A stretch of 64,000 nt of DNA from Phyllobates terribilis (lineage: Eukaryota): contig NW_027362764.1 in assembly GCF_046119375.1 (NCBI RefSeq), positions 25,110,001-25,174,000 of the forward strand, written 5' to 3'. Below, piece by piece: positions 50,641 through 61,437 of the stretch. How positions within the stretch are numbered: position 1 is the stretch's first letter; each line of letters begins with the position of its first letter. The position numbers and the translations under genes were made by a program. The notes below the pieces were generated by a model. That model was not told where the DNA came from. It worked only from the letters and a program-made list of their open reading frames with translations, and ran no database searches.

Positions 50641-53600
50641 CAGTGGCTTGCAAAAGTATTCACCCCCTTGGCTTTTTACCTGTTTTGCTACATTACAACC
50701 TGCGTGTAAATATTTCTGTAATCCGATTTGTGTGTGATGCATCAGCAATAAATAGTCTAAGCTGGTGAAGTCAAGTGAGAAAAATATTTGATTTCATAAA
50801 TTTAATTTATGACTATAACTATAAATTGTCACGTGCATATGTATTTACCCATTTTGCTATGAAGACCCTAAATATTTCTGGTGCAAGCAATTCCCTTCAT
50901 AAGTCCCATGCTTAGTGACCGGACGTCCCCCCAGTGTCACATGTCTGTCAGTATATACACTTTATCTTTTCTGAGAAGCCACAGAGGCTGCAACACCATT
51001 AATAAGAGGCACCACTAACCAAACAACACCATGAAGACCAAGGAGATCTCCAAACAACACCATGAAGACCAGGGAGATCTCCAAACAACACCATGAAGAT
51101 CTATAAGATCTTCAAACACCATGAAGATCAATAAGATCTCCAAACAACACCATGAAGATCTCCAAACAACACCATGAAGACCATGGAGATCTCCAAACAA
51201 CACAATGAAGACCATGGAGATCTCCAAACAACACAATGAAGACCATGGAGATCTCCAAACAACACAATGAAGACCATGGAGATCTCCAAACAACACCATG
51301 AAGACCATGGAGATCTCCAAACAACACCATGAAAACCATGGAGATCTCCAAACAACACCATGAAGACCATGGAGATCTCCAAACAACACCATGAAGACCA
51401 TGGAGATCTCCAAACAACACCATGAAGACCATGGAGATCTCCAAACAACACCATGAAAACCATGGAGATCTCCAAACAACACCATGAAAACCATGGAGAT
51501 CTCCAAACAACACCATGAAGATCAATAAGATCTCCAAACAACACCATGAACACCATGGAGATCTCCAAACAACACCATGGAGATCTCCAAACAACACAAT
51601 GAAGACCATGGAGATCTCCAAACAACACAATGAAGACCATGGAGATCTCCAAACAACACAATGAAGACCATGGAGATCTCCAAACAACACAATGAAGACC
51701 ATGGAGAACTCCAAACAACACCATGAAAACCATGGAGATCTCCAAACAGCACCATGAAGATCAATAAGATCTCCAAACAACACAATGAAGACCATGGAGA
51801 TCTCCAAACAACACCATGAAGACCATGGAGATCTCCAAACAACACAATGAAGACCATGGAGATCTCCAAACAACACAATGAAGACCATGGAGATCTCCAA
51901 ACAACACAATGAAGACCATGGAGATCTCCAAACAACACAATGAAGACCATGGAGATCTCCAAACAACACAATGAAGACCATGGAGATCTCCAAACAACAC
52001 AATGAAGACCATGGAGATCTCCAAACAACACAATGAAGACCATGGAGATCTCCAAACAACATCATGAAAACCATGGAGATCTCCAAACAACACCATGAAA
52101 ACCATGGAGATCTCCAAACAACACCATGAAGATCAATAAGATCTCCAAACAACACAATGAAGACCATGGGGATCTCCAAACAACACCATGAAAACCATGG
52201 AGATCTCCAAACAACACCATGAAGACCATGGAGATCTCCAACAACACCATGAAGACCATGGAGATCTCCAAACAACACAATGAAGACCATGGAGATCTCC
52301 AAACAACACCATGAAAACCATGGAGATCTCCAAACAACACCATGAAAACCATGGAGATCTCCAAACAACACCATGAAAATCAATAAGATCTCCAAACAAC
52401 ACCATGAAGACCATGGAGATCTCCAAACAACACAATGAAGACCATGGAGATCTCTAAACAACACAATGAAGACCAAGGAGATCTCCAAACAACACCATGA
52501 AGATCAATAAGATCTCCAAACAACACCATGAAGACCATGGAGATCTCCAAACAACACCATGAAGACCATGGAGATCTCCAAACAACACCATGAAGACCAA
52601 GGAGAACTCTAGACAAGTCAGGGACAAAGTTATTGACAAGTACAAGTCAGGGTTGGGTTCTAAAAAAAATATCCTAATCTTTGATGATCCAGCGGAGCAC
52701 CATCAAATCCATTATCATCAAGTGGAAAGAACATGGTACCACAGCAAACATGCCAAGAAAGGGTGCCCACCAAAACTCTCAAGAGACCAAACGTAACCCC
52801 TGAAGGAGCTGCAGAGTTCCCAAGCAGAGACTGGAGTATCTGTCCATACGTCCACAATAAGCCGTACACTCCATAGATGCGGTCTTTATGGAAGAGTGGG
52901 CATAAAAAAAGTCTTTGCTTACTCACAAAAATTGTACGGCTCGTTTTGAGTTTGCCAAAAGACATGTGGGAGACTCCCCAAATGTATGGAGGAAGGTGCT
53001 AAGGTCAGATGAGACTAAAATTGAACTTTTTGGCCACCAAGGTAACTGCTATGTCTGGCACCAAACCAACAGCTCATCACCCCAAGAACACCATCCCCAC
53101 AGTGAAACATGGTGGTGGCAGTATCATGCTGGGGAGATTGTTTTCCAGGAGCAGGGACAGGGAATATGGGTTGAGATGAGGAGAAGATGTATGGTGCGAA
53201 ATACAGGGATATTCTTGAGTAAAACCTGTTTGTAGGTCAGTGATTTGAGACTCGGACCGAGGTTTACCTTCCAACAAGAAAAAGACCAAACCATACTGCA
53301 AAAGCAACACTCGAGTGGTTTAAGGGGAAACGTGTAAATGTTCTGGAGTGGCTGAGTAACAGCCCAGACCTTCATCCAACGGAGAATCTGTGGTCAGACT
53401 TGAAGATTGCTGTTCACCAAAGGAAACCATCTATCCTGAAGGAGCTGGAGCAGTTTTGCCTTGGGGAATGGGCAAAAATCCCAGTGGCAAGATGTGGAAA
53501 GCTCATAGAGACTTATTCAAAGCAACTTACAGGTGGCTCTACAAAGTACTGACTTTAGGGGGGTGAATAGTTATAGTCACTGAAGTTTTCAGTTGTTTTG

Positions 53601-53768
53601 TTCTATTTGTTGTTTGCTTCACAATAAAAAGAAAACCAAATGTTCAGAGTTGTCGGCATGTTCTTTACATTAACTGATGCAAACCCTCAAAAAGAACAGT
53701 GAAATTCCAGGTTGTGAGGAAGCAAAACACAAAAAAAGTCAAGTGGATGAATACTTTGCAAGCCACTG
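50641..53768 (+). mobile_element. Tc1-F in the last C1orf35 intron; degenerate transposase 52590-53552
   Basis: TIRs cagtggcttgcaaaagtattcacccc / tgaatactttgcaagccactg; right flank TA, left flank CA. MKTKENSRQVRDKV.., RSDETKIELFG, SPDLHPTENLW. Confidence 0.92.
51019..52610. repeat. 31-bp tandem array (~51 units) spanning the Tc1-F transposase start codon
   Basis: Unit ccaaacaacaccatgaagaccatggagatct. Confidence 0.96.
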
Positions 53769-53829
53769 TACATTATACACCAGGGCAGCACAGATTGTAC
53801 AGGGCCCCTGATAAGAAAAGTGTAGGGGC

Positions 53830-55004
53830 CCCTCCTCTCTGCATCTAATATCAGAGGTCAGCCAGTGACCTCTCCTCCTCTCTGTATCTTATATCAGAAG
53901 TCGGCACTGACCTCTCCTCCTCTCTCTATCTAATATCAGAAGTCGGCACTGACCTCTCCTCCTCGCTGTATATAATACCGGGGTCGGCACTGGCCTCTCC
54001 TCCTCTCTGTATCTGATATCGGGCTTCGGCACTGGCCTCTCCTCCTCTCTGTACCTGATATAGGTACTGGCCTCTCTTCCTCTCTGTATCTGATATCGGG
54101 GATCGGCACTGGCCTCTCCTCCTCTCGGTATCTGATATCGGCACTGGCCTCTCCTCCTCTCTGTATCTGATATTGGGGGTCGGCACTGGCCTCTCCTCTC
54201 TGTATCTAATATCGGGCTTCAGCACTGGCCTCTCCTCCTCTCTGTATCTGATATCGGGGGTCAGCACTGGCCTCTCCTCCTCTCTGTATCTAATATCGGG
54301 CTTCGGCACTGGCCTCTCCTCCTCTCTGTACCTGATATAGGTACTGGCCTCTCCTCCTCTCTGTATCTGATATCGGGGGTCGGTACTGACCTCTCCTCCT
54401 CTCTGTATCTGATATCGGTACTGGCCTCTCCTCCTCTCTGTATCTGATATCGGCACTGGCCTCTCCTCCTCTCTGTATCTGATATTGGGGGTCGGCACTG
54501 GCCTCTCCTCCTCTCTGTATCTGATATTGGGGGTCGGTACTGGCCTCTCCTCCTCTCTGTATCTGATATCGAGGTAGTCACTGGCCTCTCCTCCTCTCTG
54601 TATCTAGTATTGGCACTGCCCTCTCTTCCTTTATGTATCTAATATTGGGGGTCAGCACTGGCATCTCTTCCTCAGTATCTAGAGGTTCGGCACTGGCCTC
54701 TCCTCTTGGTATCTAATATCGGGGATCGGCACTGGCCTCTCCTCCTCTCTGTATCCGATATCCGGGGTCAGCACTGGCCTCTCCTCTCGGTATCTGATAT
54801 CGAGGTTCGGCACTGGCCTCTCCTCTCGGTATCTAATATCGGGCTTCGGCACTGGCCTCTCCTCCTCTCTGTATCTGATATCGGGGTTCAGTACTGGCCT
54901 CTCCTCTCGGTATCTAATATCGGGCTTCGGCACTGGCCTCTCCGCCTCTCTGTATCTGATATCGGGGTCGGTACTGGCCTCTCCTCCTCTCTGTATCTGA
55001 TATC
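53830..55004. repeat. ~42-bp degenerate minisatellite abutting a C1orf35 splice donor
   Basis: Unit ggcactggcctctcctcctctctgtatctgatatcggggtc(c) with length variants. Confidence 0.92.
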
Positions 55005-55006
55005 AC

Positions 55007-55126
55007 CTCTCATGTTTTCCATCATCTGATGAAGAGTCCGACCTCCGACGCTTTTCCTTTTTCACTTTCTTTTCTTTCTTCCTTTTCTTCTTTTTCTCCT
55101 TTTTTGCCTTTTTCCTGCCCTCTGAC
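55007..55126 (-). CDS. C1orf35: C1orf35/MMTAG2 exon, Lys-rich (120 bp)
   Basis: ttacag acceptor, GTGATA donor; (R)SEGRKKAKKEKKKKRKKEKKVKKEKRRRSDSSSDDGKHE, matching the poly-Lys stretch of MMTAG2. Confidence 0.85.
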
Positions 55127-55239
55127 CTGTAACACAGAAATTCCCAAACACTTTAAGGGTTGCTCCACTCACAGGGTCCGCACCCATCAGTATATAGTCA
55201 CTGTGATCATGGCAGCCCCACTCCACCCATTGTGATCAC

Positions 55240-55319
55240 CTCGCCGGCGTCTCATCTTCGCTCTTCTCCACTGCCTGTTTCTTGTTCGGAAGATTCTCCC
55301 GCTCTCCAGTTTTCTGATG
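55240..55319 (-). CDS. C1orf35: C1orf35/MMTAG2 exon (80 bp)
   Basis: cttctttccatctgtag acceptor, GTGATC donor; HQKTGERENLPNKKQAVEKSEDETPA; phases 0/2 join the neighbouring exons in frame. Confidence 0.75.
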
Positions 55320-55557
55320 CTACAGATGGAAAGAAGAGGTCAGCGCTGGGGGAGGGGTGATTAACCCCTCTTGATCTGTATATCCATACACCGTGCTATA
55401 TTTCTCATGTATAGAAGAGATAAACCCAAAAGTCAACAGGACTGGTCACAGCCATAATGAAATGTCCAGTCATGTGACTGACAGAAAGTAAAGGCCCCCC
55501 CACCCCAGCGAGCTGTACAGGTCACTGCCCCCCGGACATCACCGGGCTCAGACTTAC

Positions 55558-55630
55558 GGTGAAGATGGAGAAGCCCATCTTTGCTGCCTCCTTATCTTCT
55601 TTAGAAAGGGTCACCCGGTTTGCGGAGACG
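55558..55630 (-). CDS. C1orf35: C1orf35/MMTAG2 exon (73 bp)
   Basis: cgcctgcag acceptor, GTAAGT donor; VSANRVTLSKEDKEAAKMGFSIFT vs human (recalled) [23 protein letters not shown]. C1orf35 is ARF1's convergent neighbour in human. Confidence 0.9.
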
Positions 55631-55877
55631 CTGCAGGCGACAATCACACGAGATTACAACATGGCACGAGTGCACGATGATACAAGCGCCTGAACCCCCG
55701 AGTATCGTGGCGTCTCCACTACACGCCATCTCACCTGGAGGTCCCCAGGCCCAGCACCCGGTCCACACCGCGCTCATCCCTCTCCGATCCCTCCCGCTTA
55801 CAGGCCTCTGCGAATTCCTAAATCACACAGGAAGGAGCCATCAGCCATGACTGTGCTTAGCTCTGGCATCTCAACGG

Positions 55878-56324
55878 AGGAGGGGCCCCTGTGTGTGTGT
55901 GTCAGGGGGAGGGGCTCCTGTGTGTCAGAGCCGGGGGGGAGGGGCTCCTGTGTGTGTGGGTGTCAGGGGGAGGGGCTCCTGTGTGTCAGAGCCGGGGGGA
56001 GGGGCTCCTGTGTGTGTGTGTCAGAGCCGGGGGGAGGGGCTCCTGTGTGTGTGTCAGAGCCGGGGGAGGGGCTCCTGTGTGTGTGTGTGTCATAGCCGGG
56101 GGGAGGGGCTCCTGTGTGTGTGTGTCAGAGCCGGGGGGAGGGGCTCCTGTGTGTGTCAGAGCCGGGGGGAGGGGCCCGTGTGTGTGTGTGTGTCAGAGCC
56201 GGGGGGAGGGGCGCCTGTGTGTGTGTGTGTGTGTCAGAGCCGGGGGGAGGGGATCCTGTGTGTGTGTCAGAGCCGGGGGGAGGGGCTCCTGTGTGTGTGT
56301 GTGTCAGAGCCGGGGGGAGGGGCT

Positions 56325-56364
<40 letters not shown>

Positions 56365-56633
56365 AGAGCCGGGGGGAGGGGGTCCTGTGTGTGTGTGTCA
56401 GAGCCGGGGGGAGGGGGTCCTGTGTGTGTGTGTCAGAGCCGGGGGGAGGGGCTCCTGTGTGTGTGTGTGTGTCAGAGCTGGGAGGGAGGGGCTCCTGTGT
56501 GTGTGTCAGAGCTGGGAGGGAGGGGCTCCTGTGTGTGTGTGTGTCAGAGCCGGGGGGAGGGGCTCCTGTGTGTGTCAGAGCCGGTGGGAGGGGCCCCTGT
56601 GTGTGTGTGTGTGTCAGAGCCGGGGGGAGGGGC

Positions 56634-56666
<33 letters not shown>

Positions 56667-56837
56667 AGAGCCGGGGGGAGGGGTTCCTGTGTGTGTGTCA
56701 AAGCCGGGGGGAGGGGCCCCTGTGTGTGTGTGTGTGTGTGTCAGAGCCGGGGGGAGGGGCTCCTGTGTGTGTGTGTGTGTGTCAGAGCCGGGGGGAGGGG
56801 ATCCTGTGTGTGTGTGTCAGAGCCGGGGGGAGGGGCT

Positions 56838-56871
<34 letters not shown>

Positions 56872-56890
56872 AGAGCCGGGGGGAGGGGCT

Positions 56891-56924
<34 letters not shown>

Positions 56925-57142
56925 AGAGCTGGGAGGGAGGGGCTCCTGTGTGTGTGTGTGTGTCAGAGCCAGGGGGAGGGGCTCCTGTGTGTTTGTGTGT
57001 GTGTGTGTCAGAGCCGGGGGGAGGGGCTCCTGTGTGTGTGTGTGTGTCAGAGCTGGGAGGGAGGGGCTCCTGTGTGTGTGTGTCAGAGCCAGGGGGAGGG
57101 GCTCCTGTGTGTGTGTGTGTGTCAGAGCCGGGGGGAGGGGCT

Positions 57143-57180
<38 letters not shown>

Positions 57181-58925
57181 AGAGCCGGGGGGAGGGGCTC
57201 CTGTGTGTGTCAGAGCCGGGGGGAGGGGCTCCTGTGTGTGTGTGTCAGAGCCGGGGGGAGGGGCTCCTGTGTGTGTGTCAGAGCCGGGGGGAGGGGCCCC
57301 TGTGTGTCAGAGCTAGGGGGAGGGGCTCCTGTGTGTGTGTGTGTGTGTATCAGAGCCGAGGGAAGGGGCTCCTGTGTGTGTGTGTGTCAGAGCCGGGGGG
57401 AGGGGCTCCTGTGTGTGTGTGTCAGAGCCGGGGGGAGGGGCCCCTGTGTGTGTGTGTCAGAGCCGGGGGGAGGGGCTCCTTTGTGTGTGTGTGTGTGTAT
57501 CAGAGGCGGGGGAAGGGGCTCCTGTGTGTGTGTCAGAGCCGGGGGGAGGGGCTCCTGTGTGTGTGTGTGTCAGGGGGAGGGGCCCATGTGTGTGTGTCAG
57601 GGGGAGGGGCTCCTGTGTGTGTGTCAGAGCCGGGAGGGAGGGGCCCCTGTGTGTGTCAGGGGGAGGGGCTCCTGTGTGTGTCAGAGCTGGGGGGAGGGGC
57701 TCCTGTGTGTGTGTGTGTCAGAGCCAGGGGGAGGGGCTCCTGTGTGTGTGTGTGTGTGTGTGTGTCAGAGCCGGGGGGAGGGGCTCCTGTGTGTGTGTGT
57801 GTGTGTGTGTCAGAGCTGGGGGGGGGGGCTCCTGTGTGTGTGTCAGAGCCGGGGGGGAGGGGCTCCTGTGTGTGTGTCAGAGCCGGGGGGAGGGGCTCCT
57901 GTGTGTGTGTTTCAGAGCTGGGAGGGAGGGGCCCCTGTGTGTGTGTCAGGGGGAGGGGCTCCTGTGTGTGTGTCAGAGCCGGGGGGAGGGGCTCCTGTGT
58001 GTGTGTGTGTCATAGCCGGGGGGAGGGGCTCCTGTGTGTGTGTGTGTGTGTCAGAGCCGGGGGGAGGGGCTCCTGTGTGTGTCAGAGCCGGGGGGAGGGG
58101 CCCGTGTGTGTGTGTGTGTGTGTGTGTGTCAGAGCCGGGGGGAGGGGCGCCTGTGTGTGTGTCAGAGCCGGGGGGAGGGGATCCTGTGTGTGTGTCAGAG
58201 CCGGGGGGAGGGGCTCCTGTGTGTGTGTGTGTCAGAGCCGGGGGGAGGGGCTCCTGTGTGTGTCAGAGCCGGGGGGAGGGGCCCGTGTGTGTGTGTGTGT
58301 GTGTGTCAGAGCCGGGGGGAGGGGCGCCTGTGTGTGTGTCAGAGCCGGGGGGAGGGGATCCTGTGTGTGTGTCAGAGCCGGGGGGAGGGGCTCCTGTGTG
58401 TGTGTGTGTGTGTCAGAGCCGGGGGGAGGGGCTCCTGTGTGTGTGTGTGTGTGTGTGTCAGAGCCAGGGGGAGGGGCTCCTGTGTGTGTGTGTGTCAGAG
58501 CCGGGGGGAGGGGCTCCTGTGTGTGTGTGTGTGTCAGAGCTGGGAGGGAGGGGCTCCTGTGTGTGTGTGTGTGTGTGTCAGAGCCGGGGGGAGGGGCTCC
58601 TGTGTGTGTGTGTGTGTGTGTCAGAGCCGGGGGGAGGGGCTCCTGTGTGTGTGTGTGTCAGAGCCGGGGGGAGGGGCTCCTGTGTGTGTGTCAGAGCCGG
58701 GGGGAGGGGCTCCTGTGTGTGTGTCAGAGCCGGGGGGAGGGGCCCCTGTGTGTCAGAGCTAGGGGGAGGGGCTCCTGTGTGTGTGTGTGTGTGTGTATCA
58801 GAGCCGAGGGAAGGGGCTCCTGTGTGTGTGTGTGTCAGAGCCGGGGGGAGGGGCTCCTGTGTGTGTGTGTCAGAGCCGGGGGGAGGGGCCCCTGTGTGTG
58901 TGTGTCAGAGCCGGGGGGAGGGGCT

Positions 58926-58962
<37 letters not shown>

Positions 58963-59761
58963 CAGAGGCGGGGGAAGGGGCTCCTGTGTGTGTGTCAGAG
59001 CCGGGGGGAGGGGCCCCTGTGTGTGTGTCAGGGGGAGGGGCTCCTGTGTGTGTGTCAGAGCCGGGAGGGAGGGGCCCCTGTGTGTGTCAGGGGGAGGGGC
59101 TCCTGTGTGTGTCAGAGCTGGGGGGAGGGGCTCCTGTGTGTGTGTGTGTGTGTCAGAGCCAGGGGGAGGGGCTCCTGTGTGTGTGTGTGTGTCAGAGCCG
59201 GGGGGAGGGGCTCCTGTGTGTGTGTGTGTGTGTGTGTGTCAGAGCCGGGGGGAGGGGCTCCTGTGTGTGTGTCAGAGCCGGGGGGGAGGGGCTCCTGTGT
59301 GTGTGTCAGAGCCGGGGGGAGGGGCTCCTGTGTGTGTGTTTCAGAGCTGGGAGGGAGGGGCCCCTGTGTGTGTGTGTCAGGGGGAGGGGCTCCTGTGTGT
59401 GTGTCAGAGCCGGGGGGAGGGGCTCCTGTGTGTGTGTGTGTGTGTGTCAGAGCTGGGGGGAGGGGCTCCTGTGTGTGTGTGTGTCAGAGCCGGGGGGAGG
59501 GGCTCCTGTGTGTGTGTGTCAGAGCCAGGGGGAGGGGCTCCTGTGTGTGTGTGTGTCAGAGCCGGGGGGAGGGGCTCCTGTGTGTGTGTGTCAGAGCCAG
59601 GGGGAGGGGCTCCTGTGTGTGTGTGTGTCATAGCCGGGGGGAGGGGCTCCTGTGTGTGTGTGTGTGTGTGTGTGTGTCAGAGCCGGGGGGAGGGGCTCCT
59701 GTGTGTGTCAGAGCCGGGGGGAGGGGCCCGTGTATGTGTGTCAGAGCCGGGGGGAGGGGCG

Positions 59762-59792
<31 letters not shown>

Positions 59793-61403
59793 CAGAGCCG
59801 GGGGGAGGGGATCCTGTGTGTGTGTCAGAGCCGGGGGGAGGGGCTCCTGTGTGTGTGTGTGTCAGAGCCGGGGGGAGGGGCTCCTGTGTGTGTGTGTGTG
59901 TGTCAGAGCCGGGGGGAGGGGCTCCTGTGTGTGTGTGTGTGTGTGTCAGAGCTGGGAGGGAGGGGCTCCTGTGTGTGTGTGTGTGTCAGAGCCAGGGGGA
60001 GGGGCTCCTGTGTGTGTGTGTCAGAGCCGGGGGGAGGGGCTCCTGTGTGTGTGTGTCAGAGCCGGGGGGAGGGGCTCCTGTGTGTGTGTCAGAGCCGGGG
60101 GGAGGGGCTCCTGTGTGTGTGTCAGAGCCGGGGGGAGGGGCCCCTGTGTGTCAGAGCTAGGGGGAGGGGCTCCTGTGTGTGTGTGTGTGTGTATCAGAGC
60201 CGAGGGAAGGGGCTCCTGTGTGTGTGTGTCAGAGCCGGGGGGAGGGGCTCCTGTGTGTGTGTGTCAGAGCCGGGGGGAGGGGCCCCTGTGTGTGTGTGTC
60301 AGAGCCGGGGGGAGGGGCTCCTGTGTGTGTGTGTGTGTGTGTGTGTATCAGAGGCGGGGGAAGGGGCTCCTGTGTGTGTGTCAGAGCCGGGGGGAGGGGC
60401 TCCTGTGTGTGTGTGTGTCAGGGGGAGGGGCCCCTGTGTGTGTCAGGGGGAGGGGCTCCTGTGTGTGTCAGAGCTGGGGGGAGGGGCTCCTGTGTGTGTG
60501 TGTGTGTCAGAGCCAGGGGGAGGGGCTCCTGTGTGTGTGTGTGTCAGAGCCGGGGGGAGGGGCTCCTGTGTGTGTGTGTGTGTGTGTGTCAGAGCCGGGG
60601 GGAGGGGCTCCTGTGTGTGTGTCAGAGCCGGGGGGGAGGGGCTCCTGTGTGTGTGTCAGAGCCGGGGGGAGGGGCTCCTGTGTGTGTGTTTCAGAGCTGG
60701 GAGGGAGGGGCCCCTGTGTGTGTGTGTCAGGGGGAGGGGCTCCTGTGTGTGTGTCAGAGCCGGGGGGAGGGGCTCCTGTGTGTGTGTGTGTGTCAGAGCT
60801 GGGGGGAGGGGCTCCTGTGTGTGTGTGTGTGTCAGAGCCGGGGGGAGGGGCTCCTGTGTGTGTGTGTCAGAGCCAGGGGGAGGGGCTCCTGTGTGTGTGT
60901 CATAGCCGGGGGGAGGGGCTCCTGTGTGTGTGTGTGTCAGAGCCGGGGGGAGGGGCTCCTGTGTGTGTCAGAGCCGGGGGGAGGGGCCCGTGTGTGTGTG
61001 TGTGTGTCAGAGCCGGGGGGAGGGGCGCCTGTGTGTGTGTGTGTATGTCAGAGCCGGGGGGAGGGGATCCTGTGTGTGTGTCAGAGCCGGGGGGAGGGGC
61101 TCCTGTGTGTGTGTGTGTCAGAGCCGGGGGGAGGGGCTCCTGTGTGTGTGTGTGTGTGTCAGAGCCGGGGGGAGGGGCTCCTGTGTGTGTGTGTCAGAGC
61201 CGGGGGGAGGGGCTCCTGTGTGTGTGTGTGTGTCAGAGCTGGGAGGGAGGGGCTCCTGTGTGTGTGTGTGTGTGTGTCAGAGCTGGGAGGGAGGGGCTCC
61301 TGTGTGTGTGTGTGTCAGAGCCGGGGGGAGGGGCTCCTGTGTGTGTCAGAGCCGGTGGGAGGGGCCCCTGTGTGTGTGTGTGTCAGAGCCGGGGGGAGGG
61401 GCC

Positions 61404-61437
<34 letters not shown>

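Noticed and set aside
55631-55880. A further upstream C1orf35 exon
   Set aside because: No segment with MMTAG2-like translation and splice sites found; the 5' exons presumably lie beyond the window.
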